The notes beneath the pieces were generated by a model. That model was not told the origin of the DNA. It saw nothing but the letters and a program-made list of their open reading frames with translations, and searched no databases. The position numbers and the translations under genes are program-made. Below are positions 36,934-45,062 of a DNA stretch of 48,596 nt, one piece after another. The DNA lies in the NCBI GenBank assembly GCA_045535385.1, contig JAZSLN010000036.1, forward strand, positions 1-48,596, read 5' to 3'. Source of the stretch: Eubacteriales bacterium. Lineage in GTDB: Bacteria > Bacillota > Clostridia > Oscillospirales > CAG-382. The first letter of the stretch is position 1, and every line of letters begins with the position of its first letter.

Positions 36934-39240
36934 TTAATTATTTGTTGCGTTCTTGTCGCTTTCGCGGATCTCTTTACGTCTGATCTTGCCCGAGATGGTC
37001 TTGGGGAGACTTTCAACGAATTCGACTCTTCTCGGATATTTGTAGGGTGCGGTATGCGTCTTGACGTAATTCTGGATTTCCTTTACAAGCTCGTCGCTCG
37101 GCTGTTTATCCTTCGTAAGAACGATAGTTGCCTTTACGACCTGACCTCTCGTTTCATCGGGAACACCGGTGATGGCACATTCGAGAACGTAGGGAAGCTC
37201 CATGATAACGCTTTCGATTTCGAACGGGCCGATACGGTAGCCGCTGGATTTGATAACGTCATCAACACGTCCGACATACCAGAAATATCCGTCTTCGTCG
37301 CGCCAAGCGGTGTCGCCGGTGTGGTACATATCGGGCTTGAGTACGTTGTCGGTCGCCTCCTGGTTCTTGTAATAACCGAGGAACAAGCCGAAGGGCTTTT
37401 CTTCGCCTTCCTTGAGACGGATAACGATCTCGCCCTCTTCGCCGACAGCGGCAGGAGTGCCGTCCTCACGCACAAGGTCAACGTTATAAGCGGGGCTGGG
37501 TTTACCCATCGAGCCCGGCTTGGGATCTGCTCCGTAGAGGTTGCCGATAGCAAGAGTGGTTTCGGTTTGACCGAAGGCTTCCATAAGCTTAAGACCGGTG
37601 GCGGTGTAGAAAAGCTTAAATACTTCGGGGTTGAGCGCTTCGCCTGCGATAGTCGCGTGCTTCAAGGAGGAGAGATCGTATTTCGAAAGGTCCTCGCGGA
37701 TGAAGAAGCGATACATTGTAGGAGGTGCGCAGAAGGTGGTGATGTTGTATTTCTTGAACATAGGAAGGAGCTTCGAAGCATCGAAACGGTCGAAGTCGTA
37801 AACGAAGACAGCCGCCTCGCAGAGCCACTGACCGTAAAGCTTACCCCAGAGAGCCTTGCCCCAGCCTGTGTCGGAGATAGTGAAGTGGAGTCCGTCGGGG
37901 TCTACGTAATGCCAATGTCTGGCGGTTACGATATGACCGAGCGGATAGGTGAAGCTGTGCATTGCGAGCTTCGGATAACCGGTCGTGCCCGAAGAGAAGA
38001 ACATAACCGAGGGATCGTCCTTCGAGTTCTGGACACGCTCGAAAACCGAAGAGCAATTGATAAAGTTTGCGTCGAAATCTTCCCAACCGTCCCTTGCTCC
38101 TTTGACCATGATCTTGGTTTTAAGAGTGGGCGCTTTTTCTGCCGCTCTTGCCGCTTCCTCGGCGGTATTTCCGTCGGAGGTGCAGACAATGGCGCTGATT
38201 TCGCCCGCATTGAAGCGGTATTCGAAGTCGTGCTCGACGAGCTGGTTGGTCGCGGGAACGGCAACAGCACCGAGCTTATGAAGCGCGATCATACATACCC
38301 AGAACTGCCAATGGCGCTTGAGCACGAGCATAACTCTGTCGCCCTTTTTGATACCGAGCGACGAGAAATAGTTCGCTGCTTTCGAAGAAAGACGGGAGAT
38401 ATCCGAGAAGGTGAACTCCATTTCGGTTCCGTCGTTGCCGACCCATTGGATGCATTTCTTGTTGGGTACCTTTGCGGCGAGTGCATCGACAACGTCGTAT
38501 GCAAAGTTGAAATTATCGTTGCAATGAAGCTTGATATCGGTCAATCTTCCGCGTTCGTCGAAGGTTTCGTCTACGAACTGCTTGTAGATACAATCGCTGT
38601 AATCGTGCTCGAGAACAAGCGGCTTGACCTGCTCGTGCGCGGTCATATGGTCGTGCATATCCGTGGGGGTGTGGTCTTCCTTGAAAACGACTGCAAGGAA
38701 GGTACAGTCGGAACCGCCGACAGCGATCATACCGTGGGGATGTGCACTGTCGTAATACACCGTGTCGCCGGGGTTCATAACGTAGGTGTGTTTACCTAAC
38801 TGAACCTTGAGCTGACCGGTGAGGACGAGGTCGAATTCCTGACCCGCGTGAGACGCTACGGGGATAGGTTTGTTTTGCGCTTCTTCTTCGTATTTTGCGG
38901 TAACGATAAAGGGCTCGCTCATACGGTTTTTGAGAAGAGGAGCGACGTGTCGGTAATCAAAGCCCTTTTCGCGCTTTATTGTAATACCGCCGCCGGCGCG
39001 GGTGAGGTTATAAAAGTCGAGCTTGGGGTCGCTGCCCGAAACAAGCTCGGAAATATCCATACCGAGAAGCTTTGCACATTTGAAAAGGAACGTGAAGGAG
39101 AAATCCTCCTCGCCCTGTTCAAGGCGTAAATATTCTGCCTCGCCGATTCCACAGGCATCCGCCATATCGGAAACGGGAATATCGAGGTTTTCTCTCGCCC
39201 ATTTAAGTCTTCCTGCGATAAGTTTTGTTTGCTGGTCCAT
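36934..39240 (-). CDS. Fusion protein: XRE-type HTH + cupin + medium-chain acyl-CoA synthetase (ANL superfamily)
   Basis: 768 aa. HTH segment LKWARENLDIPVSDMADACGIGEAEYLRLEQGE. Cupin segment GQEFDLVLTGQLKV...GDTVYYDSAHPHG. AMP-binding motifs FFSSGTTGYPK, YHTGDTAWRDEDGYFWYVGRVDD and SGKIRRKE. Confidence 0.85.
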   Translation of the reverse strand: MDQQTKLIAGRLKWARENLDIPVSDMADACGIGEAEYLRLEQGEEDFSFTFLFKCAKLLGMDISELVSGSDPKLDFYNLTRAGGGITIKREKGFDYRHVAPLLKNRMSEPFIVTAKYEEEAQNKPIPVASHAGQEFDLVLTGQLKVQLGKHTYVMNPGDTVYYDSAHPHGMIAVGGSDCTFLAVVFKEDHTPTDMHDHMTAHEQVKPLVLEHDYSDCIYKQFVDETFDERGRLTDIKLHCNDNFNFAYDVVDALAAKVPNKKCIQWVGNDGTEMEFTFSDISRLSSKAANYFSSLGIKKGDRVMLVLKRHWQFWVCMIALHKLGAVAVPATNQLVEHDFEYRFNAGEISAIVCTSDGNTAEEAARAAEKAPTLKTKIMVKGARDGWEDFDANFINCSSVFERVQNSKDDPSVMFFSSGTTGYPKLAMHSFTYPLGHIVTARHWHYVDPDGLHFTISDTGWGKALWGKLYGQWLCEAAVFVYDFDRFDASKLLPMFKKYNITTFCAPPTMYRFFIREDLSKYDLSSLKHATIAGEALNPEVFKLFYTATGLKLMEAFGQTETTLAIGNLYGADPKPGSMGKPSPAYNVDLVREDGTPAAVGEEGEIVIRLKEGEEKPFGLFLGYYKNQEATDNVLKPDMYHTGDTAWRDEDGYFWYVGRVDDVIKSSGYRIGPFEIESVIMELPYVLECAITGVPDETRGQVVKATIVLTKDKQPSDELVKEIQNYVKTHTAPYKYPRRVEFVESLPKTISGKIRRKEIRESDKNATNN

Positions 39241-39332
39241 GATGAAAAATCCTTTCTGTAATAGAAAAATTTTCCGATAAAAACATATTTTTTGTTTTTT
39301 CTCGGGCGCAGATGCTTCTGCTTTTCGCCGAT

Positions 39333-39593
39333 AAAAACAAAAATAGCTTCATCTGCAACGAGATGAAACTATTACAAATAGTTACACTATACCACTCATT
39401 TGCCGCGCATATACGCATTTCCCTTTATTACGGCGGAAGCTCCGGCGCGCCCTACTGGTGATTCGGGCGAGCAGCTCGAAGGTGATAAGTCGGTAAGGCG
39501 GCTGTTGCCTCGCACCAAACGGCAACTCTCTGAAAGCTTAACACATATCGACCCGTGTCCTTGTCTGTGCTTTTATCGGTTATGTTTTTGATG
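39333..39593 (-). promoter_or_regulatory. T-box riboswitch leader, specifier AUC (isoleucine), including the terminator at 39371-39333
   Basis: All elements are on the minus strand. K-turn: GC-ACA-GA-CAAGG against CCUUC-GA-GC. Specifier AUC followed by A at 39486-39483. AGAGA bulge. Distal loop GUUUGGUGCGA. Antiterminator bulge UGGUAUA (39394-39388). A competing 11-bp terminator plus U-tract. Confidence 0.72.
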
Positions 39594-39599
39594 ACACAC

Positions 39600-39628
39600 A
39601 TATTATCACTATTGATACGGTTTGTCAA
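39600..39628 (-). promoter_or_regulatory. Promoter of the T-box leader: TTGACA-17-TAATAT with a TGn extension
   Basis: The minus strand reads TTGACAaaccgtatcaatagTGaTAATAT, with the spacer counted as 17 nt. The predicted TSS is about 20 nt before the K-turn. Confidence 0.55.
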
Positions 39629-39678
39629 GTGCTTTTTTGGATTTTTTGTAAAAAATATTTTTTCGACGGTTTTCGCTA

Positions 39679-39707
39679 TTTACAATTTTGCCGTGTGCGT
39701 GTATAAT
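39679..39707 (+). promoter_or_regulatory. Divergent promoter for the MBL-fold gene: TTTACA-17-TATAAT
   Basis: Hexamers and the 17-nt spacer were counted directly. An AGGAG RBS lies at ~39736 and the ATG at 39749. Confidence 0.55.
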
Positions 39708-39748
39708 CTTGTTGAAAGAAAAAGACGAAAAGCCTTAGGAGTAATATT

Positions 39749-40375
39749 ATGAAAGATATGATAGTCAAAAGAGTGCCGGTTGGTTCGCTCGGTACGAATT
39801 GTTATATAGTAAAGCATCCCGATTCGCGCGATGCCGTCGTTATCGACCCGGGTGCCGACCTTACCGTTATTCAGGATGCGCTTCACCGCGCCGATGCGGT
39901 TTGCCGTCTTATTCTTTTGACCCACGGCCATTTTGACCATATCCTCGCTGTCGGCGACCTTCGTAATATAAGCATTCCCGTTGCGATCCACGAGCGTGAT
40001 GCCCATATGCTTACCGAACGCGATATGTTCAGCGCGATAATCCCTTATGACCCGCGTCCCTTCGCTCCCGCCGATTTTACCTTTTCTAAGGAGGGCGAAT
40101 ATTCTATCGCAGGCTTTGATTTTTACGTAATACCTACCCCCGGCCATACCGCGGGAAGCGTTTGCTATGTGTTCGACGGAATGATGTTCACCGGCGATAC
40201 TCTCTTTAAGAACAGTATAGGCAGAACCGACCTCGGCGGTGATGAAAACGCACTTATCCGTTCACTCCGCGCGCTTAAAAATCTCCCCGGCGATTATGAG
40301 ATATTCCCCGGACACGACTCCCCGACTATCCTCTCCGACGAAAGACGTAATAACCCCTATTTGAGAAATCTTTAA
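39749..40375 (+). CDS. MBL-fold metallo-hydrolase (hydroxyacylglutathione-hydrolase-like)
   Basis: 208 aa, with LLTHGHFDHI, PTPGHTAGS and GHD motifs. Confidence 0.85.
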   Translation: MKDMIVKRVPVGSLGTNCYIVKHPDSRDAVVIDPGADLTVIQDALHRADAVCRLILLTHGHFDHILAVGDLRNISIPVAIHERDAHMLTERDMFSAIIPYDPRPFAPADFTFSKEGEYSIAGFDFYVIPTPGHTAGSVCYVFDGMMFTGDTLFKNSIGRTDLGGDENALIRSLRALKNLPGDYEIFPGHDSPTILSDERRNNPYLRNL

Positions 40376-40394
40376 TGTAATAACCGCAAAAGTA

Positions 40395-40425
40395 AAAGGC
40401 TTTCGGAAACCCCGAAAGCCTTTTT
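40395..40425. terminator. Bidirectional rho-independent terminator
   Basis: AAAGGCTTTCGG-AAACC-CCGAAAGCCTTTTT. Confidence 0.75.
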
Positions 40426-40445
40426 GTGTTTGTCAAAGGGTATTG

Positions 40446-41168
40446 TTATTCGGTAAGTTCATTGTTGTCAACAGTTTTTTCGTCTGTTGTATAGCTTTTC
40501 ATTGCGCTCGTTACTTGTGATGCGCTTTCTAATTTAAGCAATTTGCTTATAGCTGTCGATTTATCAGTTGGATATGTACTTAGATCATGATGCACTATAT
40601 ACTCAATATCGCCACGGCGCCATACAATCGAATGCAATTTTCCGGAAGGAAAGTACAAATATTCTATACCGTTATGAGAATAAGCGCTGGACTCGGACAC
40701 ACTCGCGGTTCTCATATCCAAAGCATTTATGTTCGTTTCTTTAATTATCTGCATTTCGAATTTTCCGACCAATGTATTTCCTTTGGGAATATAATCTACA
40801 TACATACAGAGGTCTGCGCCTGTTTCGTCAACGAATGAGTAGAACAATGAACTGTAATCTCCCATTTCCGACTTGGACAAGCATACAAATCCTGAAAACT
40901 CACCAAACTGCGAAATATCTTCATAAGTAACAAAGTATTCCGGCAAATCTGCTGTTTTTGTGAATTTAACGTATTCATCGTAAGAAAAGATGGATAACTG
41001 ATATTCGTCAACATGTACGTCTTCGATATTTTCGTTTGCAGGAACAGAATCATTCGGCTTCAGAGAGTTCACGTTATCGCTTCCGGACTCTTCAGCTTGT
41101 GTTTGACATCCTGTAAAAGATATTACAAATGTTATCATTGCTAAAAAAATCGATAAAAATTTTTTCAT
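40446..41168 (-). CDS. Lipoprotein of unknown function (DUF4367-like C-terminus, from memory only)
   Basis: 240 aa. MKKFLSIFLAMITFVISFTGCQT contains a lipobox. The gene is AT-rich. The pattern IEYLYFPSGKLHSIVWRRGDIEYIV recalls DUF4367. Confidence 0.65.
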   Translation of the reverse strand: MKKFLSIFLAMITFVISFTGCQTQAEESGSDNVNSLKPNDSVPANENIEDVHVDEYQLSIFSYDEYVKFTKTADLPEYFVTYEDISQFGEFSGFVCLSKSEMGDYSSLFYSFVDETGADLCMYVDYIPKGNTLVGKFEMQIIKETNINALDMRTASVSESSAYSHNGIEYLYFPSGKLHSIVWRRGDIEYIVHHDLSTYPTDKSTAISKLLKLESASQVTSAMKSYTTDEKTVDNNELTE

Positions 41169-41193
41169 ATTTACACCCTCCCTATTCTATACC

Positions 41194-41379
41194 TTATAGT
41201 TCATACATGGTAGTAATTGTACCGTACGTTTCATCCGGAGTTATGTACACATTCGGAATTCTATAATAAAAGCCTTTTTGTGTTCGATTTTCCAAGGGGG
41301 GGCGGAGGACTTCCGCCCCTTTGAGAGCGTGATCGGGATATTTATACATATCGAGAGAATACGGATACGCCTCTTTCAT
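41194..41379 (-). CDS. Small hypothetical protein (61 aa)
   Basis: The ORF's ATGA start/stop overlaps the upstream gene, which suggests translational coupling. No recognisable motif. Confidence 0.45.
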   Translation of the reverse strand: MKEAYPYSLDMYKYPDHALKGAEVLRPPLENRTQKGFYYRIPNVYITPDETYGTITTMYEL

Positions 41380-42278
41380 CCTTGTTGATTCTTGCGTTTT
41401 CCTCTATTAAGACCGATGCCAATAAAAACACTTGCGGATATTAGTAAAACGACACCGGCAAAAGTAAATACCCACTTTGCGCTGTTTTTGAGACCGTCGG
41501 GTTGTGAGTCATCTTTAACATTTTGTTGCGATTGCAGGTCTTCAACATACGGCTTCGACTGTTGGTTTTCAACGTCGGTCGGAGAGTTTGTATCGGTTGC
41601 TATTTTGAAATTCGCAGAATGAATATCGTACTTGGAGAGATCCCATAATTGACTGATATCTACACCTCCGTCCGAATTTGGATACTTAGCTATTTCACTT
41701 TGTATTGCTTTTTGATATTCGCAAAAATCTTTTATTGGGAATAAATATTCGCCGGAACCGACTGCGTAATAACTGTAATATACATAATCTCCTTTGTTTG
41801 TTTTATAATAAATAGCAGAACCGGTGTAGGTTGTTTCGCCGGTAAGGTAGTATGTTTCATATATCTCGATTTCGGAGGATACTTTTGCAATAACCTTGTT
41901 TTCCTGCAACGCTTTCATAGCTCTTGAGTCTATAGGAACATCATTACCTAAATCAATCGAAACATTATCAATAATATCTTTGTAAATATATGTATTATCA
42001 ACTGCTTGAACCAAATAGTATTGGCTTAAAATTAAACCTTCGCTTTTTAGAAGTTCGTCAATACTTTTAACGTTAGCAAAAGCATTACGTATCGAAACAT
42101 TATAAATTCTAATTACTTTTTCCGAATCTTTAGCACCCAGCAGTTGGCGTTCTTCTTGACTTATGTTTATCGAATCCTTGTTTTTCACGGTATCAACTCC
42201 ATTTTCTGCTGCAAAAACCGTCATTGACATAGTTATAAGCATTGCGAAGATGATTCCAATTAAAATGGATTTTTTCAT
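41376..42278 (-). CDS. Secreted hypothetical protein with a C-terminal membrane anchor
   Basis: 300 aa. Signal peptide MKKSILIGIIFAMLITMSMTVFA. C-terminal TM WVFTFAGVVLLISASVFIGIGL followed by NRGKRKNQQG. No LPXTG motif. Confidence 0.65.
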   Translation of the reverse strand: MKKSILIGIIFAMLITMSMTVFAAENGVDTVKNKDSINISQEERQLLGAKDSEKVIRIYNVSIRNAFANVKSIDELLKSEGLILSQYYLVQAVDNTYIYKDIIDNVSIDLGNDVPIDSRAMKALQENKVIAKVSSEIEIYETYYLTGETTYTGSAIYYKTNKGDYVYYSYYAVGSGEYLFPIKDFCEYQKAIQSEIAKYPNSDGGVDISQLWDLSKYDIHSANFKIATDTNSPTDVENQQSKPYVEDLQSQQNVKDDSQPDGLKNSAKWVFTFAGVVLLISASVFIGIGLNRGKRKNQQG

Positions 42279-42566
42279 TATATATGCCCCTTTCTAATAA
42301 TTTCAATTTCTCTAGTTATATATCGGAGAAAGTGTATTGTTCGAATAAGATATTAATACTTTTTTCTTTGCTTTTATTTCGATGAATCCTTTCTGATATT
42401 TTAGTCATTAAAAACCTTTTAATATATCAAAAAAGCCCATCGGGTTCTCCTCCCTTCGTTATACATTGTGAGATTTTTTATCTCTCACTATATAAATAAC
42501 AAAAAGGGCGAAAACGTCTATAAAAAAGTTTATGTTTTTTGAAAAAATTCCGTTTTGACGGTTTGA

Positions 42567-43616
42567 TCACTCGTTGCAGATAACACCGCCGCCGAGCAAT
42601 GTTTCGCCGTCGTAGAAAACAGCCGATTGACCGGGGGTTACGGCGCGTACCTTTTCATTCGTTTCAACGAGCAGTTTTCCGTCGCCGAGAGGGGTTATAC
42701 GGCATTTGACGAACGGAGCGCGGTAGCGGATACGTACTTCGCATTCGAACGGGCCTTCGGGAAAATCGCAAGCCGAGAAGTTGGCCTCGCGGACGGTGAA
42801 GCGGTCGACGAAGAGGTCGCTGTTGCTTCCGAGAATTATAAGATTTTGCGCGATATCGCGCCCGATAACGTAAAGAGGCTCTTTGTATGCGATACCGAGA
42901 CCCTTGCGCTGTCCTATCGTATAGGATCGCTGACCTTTATGCTGTCCGAGCACCGTTCCGTCGCCGAGAACGAAATCACCCGAAGCGTCGTCAGATGGGG
43001 ACACTCTGTCTAAAAACGCGCGGTAATCGCCGTCGGGGATGAAGCAAATATCCTGGCTGTCGCTCTTATGTGCGACGTGAAGCCCGAAGCTTTCGGCAAG
43101 CTCGCGGACTTCTTTTTTTGTATATTCGCCGAGCGGTGCGTAAAAACGCGAGACCTGCTCGGAGGTAAGATTCCAAAGGACATAGCTTTGGTCTTTGTCG
43201 GGGTCGGATGCACGGGTGATTATTCTTCGTCCGCCCGATTCCTTGACCCGGACGTAATGTCCCGTGGCGTATGCTTCCGCACCGTTACTGACCGCGTAAT
43301 CGGCTAAGACACCGAACTTTATATGTCGGTTGCAAACAACGCAGGGGTTGGGTGTTTCGCCGTTTTGGTAGGCGCGTATAAAATCGGCGATGACCGTTTT
43401 TCGGAACTCGTCGGAAAGGTCTAAAAGCGTGTGCTTTATGCCGAGCGAATCGCAAAGCTTTTTTGCGTCGGTGGATTCGTCCTTGGCATTCGGAACGAGC
43501 TCGTTTCCGAAGGGCTTCATAGTGATGCCCTCGACCGAATATTCTTTTTTCAGAAGGTTAAGCGCAACGGCGCTGTCGACACCGCCGCTTACGGCAACAA
43601 AGCATTTTTTATCCAT
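42567..43616 (-). CDS. mnmA: tRNA-specific 2-thiouridylase
   Basis: Start at MDKKCFVAVSGGVDSAVA (PP-loop SGGVDS). PNPCVVCNRHIKFG is present. The 112-codon N-terminal extension in the track ORF has no homology logic and overlaps the divergent promoter region. Confidence 0.9.
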   Translation of the reverse strand: MDKKCFVAVSGGVDSAVALNLLKKEYSVEGITMKPFGNELVPNAKDESTDAKKLCDSLGIKHTLLDLSDEFRKTVIADFIRAYQNGETPNPCVVCNRHIKFGVLADYAVSNGAEAYATGHYVRVKESGGRRIITRASDPDKDQSYVLWNLTSEQVSRFYAPLGEYTKKEVRELAESFGLHVAHKSDSQDICFIPDGDYRAFLDRVSPSDDASGDFVLGDGTVLGQHKGQRSYTIGQRKGLGIAYKEPLYVIGRDIAQNLIILGSNSDLFVDRFTVREANFSACDFPEGPFECEVRIRYRAPFVKCRITPLGDGKLLVETNEKVRAVTPGQSAVFYDGETLLGGGVICNE

Positions 43617-43761
43617 ATCGCAGGAATCCTTTTTTATTGATAACTGTATTTTATCATCGCTTGGGATATTTGGCAACCGTTTTTTGGCATTTTGGCATAT
43701 TATATCCGAACGATGTGTATTAATTAAAAAGAGAAATAACCTCGTAAAGGAAGAATATGCT

Positions 43762-45039
43762 ATGAAAAAACTTTTTTTGTTGATTATCTGTTCGGCGCTT
43801 GTCTTATCCTTGGTTGCGTGCGGCGGGAACGGCGAGGATATATCGAAGCCCGACCGACCTCCCGCGTTCTCGGTGCTCCAAAAGCAGACTAAACTCCAAA
43901 AACGAGCTGAGCGCGGCGAGAATGCGTCGTTTTCCGAGACCGAGTTCCGCAATTTTCTCGGCGAGGATTTTGGGCATATAACCGTAACCGCTCTTCCCGA
44001 CGCGGCAATGGGAACCCTTGTTTTTAACGGCTCGTCGGTAATGCAAGGTCAGAGCCTTCCGTCGGCACAGCTCGGGTTTTTGAAGTTTATACCGAGCTCG
44101 GGATGTTCCTCGGCGGTATTTCGTTTTTCGTCCGATTGTGCGGGATATTTCGGTAACGAGTTCGAATGTGTTATGGTATTCGGCGAGGGTGTAAATTCGC
44201 CTCCCGTTGTTGCCGACAGTATTATTAAGACCGTTTCGGGAATCCCCTGCGAGGGCGACCTTAATATAACAGAGCCCAACGGCGACAACTACACCGTTAA
44301 CGTTATAACCTATCCCACCGAGGGCGAAATCAAGATCAATACGCTCGGAAAGCTCGTTTATATCCCCGATGAAGGCTTTTACGGTAAGGATAAAATGGTA
44401 TTTACGGTAACCGACCGCTTCGGCGCGGTATCTCCGAGCACGACTCTTACCATCGAAGTCGGCGAAAACGCCAAAAACCTTTGCTTTGAGGATATGAAGG
44501 ATAACTATGATCACATTTATGCCCACAGAATGTGCAATAACGATACGATGATCTACCGTGTTTCGGACGGGAAATATTATTTTGACCCCGAAACAGTAGT
44601 TTCGAAAATGGAGTTTCTTGTCATGGCGATGAACGTTGTCGGGCTTGACGCGGATATAACCGCGGTTGCCGACAGCGCAGTGAAGGACGATGACGGCTTG
44701 AGCTCGGGTATGAAGGGCTATCTTTCCGCGGCAACCGAAAAGGGATTGATCAAGCTCAAAAACGGTAAATTCTCTCCGAAAAGCGAAATAACCGTCTCTG
44801 AAGCGTCGTATATTATATGCGAGTCGCTCGGACTTCCCAAGGTTTCGGCAAATACCGCTGCGGCTGACGGCGAAGATGTATTTTCTGCGGTTTCGGCTGT
44901 TGTAAGCGCAGGAATTTTGGATCCGAACGACGGCTCTCTCGAAGCCGGCTCGACTCTTACCAAATCCGACGTAGCGCGTATTCTCTGCCGAATCGAGGAT
45001 TATATGGCGGATAATAATATGGTTAAGTCTCGAGATTGA
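43762..45039 (+). CDS. Lipoprotein with a cadherin/Ig-like repeat and C-terminal SLH-like domains
   Basis: Start at MKKLFLLIICSALVLSLVACG (AAAGGAAG RBS and a lipobox). PPVVADSIIKTVSG...FTVTDRFGAVSPSTTLTIEV is cadherin-like. FEDMKDNYDHIYAHRMC...FDPETVVSKMEFLVMAMN is SLH-like. Confidence 0.72.
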   Translation: MKKLFLLIICSALVLSLVACGGNGEDISKPDRPPAFSVLQKQTKLQKRAERGENASFSETEFRNFLGEDFGHITVTALPDAAMGTLVFNGSSVMQGQSLPSAQLGFLKFIPSSGCSSAVFRFSSDCAGYFGNEFECVMVFGEGVNSPPVVADSIIKTVSGIPCEGDLNITEPNGDNYTVNVITYPTEGEIKINTLGKLVYIPDEGFYGKDKMVFTVTDRFGAVSPSTTLTIEVGENAKNLCFEDMKDNYDHIYAHRMCNNDTMIYRVSDGKYYFDPETVVSKMEFLVMAMNVVGLDADITAVADSAVKDDDGLSSGMKGYLSAATEKGLIKLKNGKFSPKSEITVSEASYIICESLGLPKVSANTAAADGEDVFSAVSAVVSAGILDPNDGSLEAGSTLTKSDVARILCRIEDYMADNNMVKSRD

Positions 45040-45062
45040 CAAAGCGAAAAAGCGATGATATA

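Noticed and set aside
39505-39540. Glycine-riboswitch-like string on the plus strand (CGCACCAAACGGCAACUCUCUGAAAGC), and SRP-like GUCGGUAAGGCGGCUG.
   Set aside because: There is no GGAGAG P1 partner or P3 hairpin for a glycine aptamer. There is no GNRA tetraloop or symmetric loop for SRP domain IV. The same bases form the T-box stem I distal hairpin on the opposite strand.
39400-39591. 63-aa plus-strand ORF, and the 71-aa minus-strand ORF at 39203-39418, in the 508-bp intergenic region.
   Set aside because: They overlap the T-box leader and its terminator. They have no RBS and unconvincing composition.
43670-43697. Three TTGGCA hexamers (43670, 43684, 43692) that resemble a sigma-54 -24/-12 element.
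   Set aside because: The GG-to-GC spacing is 3 nt too short for TGGCAC-N5-TTGCW. None of them gives a 17-bp spacing to a good -10 either. They may be a direct-repeat binding site, but I cannot support a call.
43617-43952. N-terminal 112-codon extension of the mnmA ORF, and the mirror-image extension of the plus-strand ORF (43390-43761).
   Set aside because: MnmA homology starts at MDKKCFVAVSGGVDS (43616). The lipoprotein starts at MKKLFLL (43762), which has an RBS and a lipobox. The two extensions overlap each other and the divergent promoter region.
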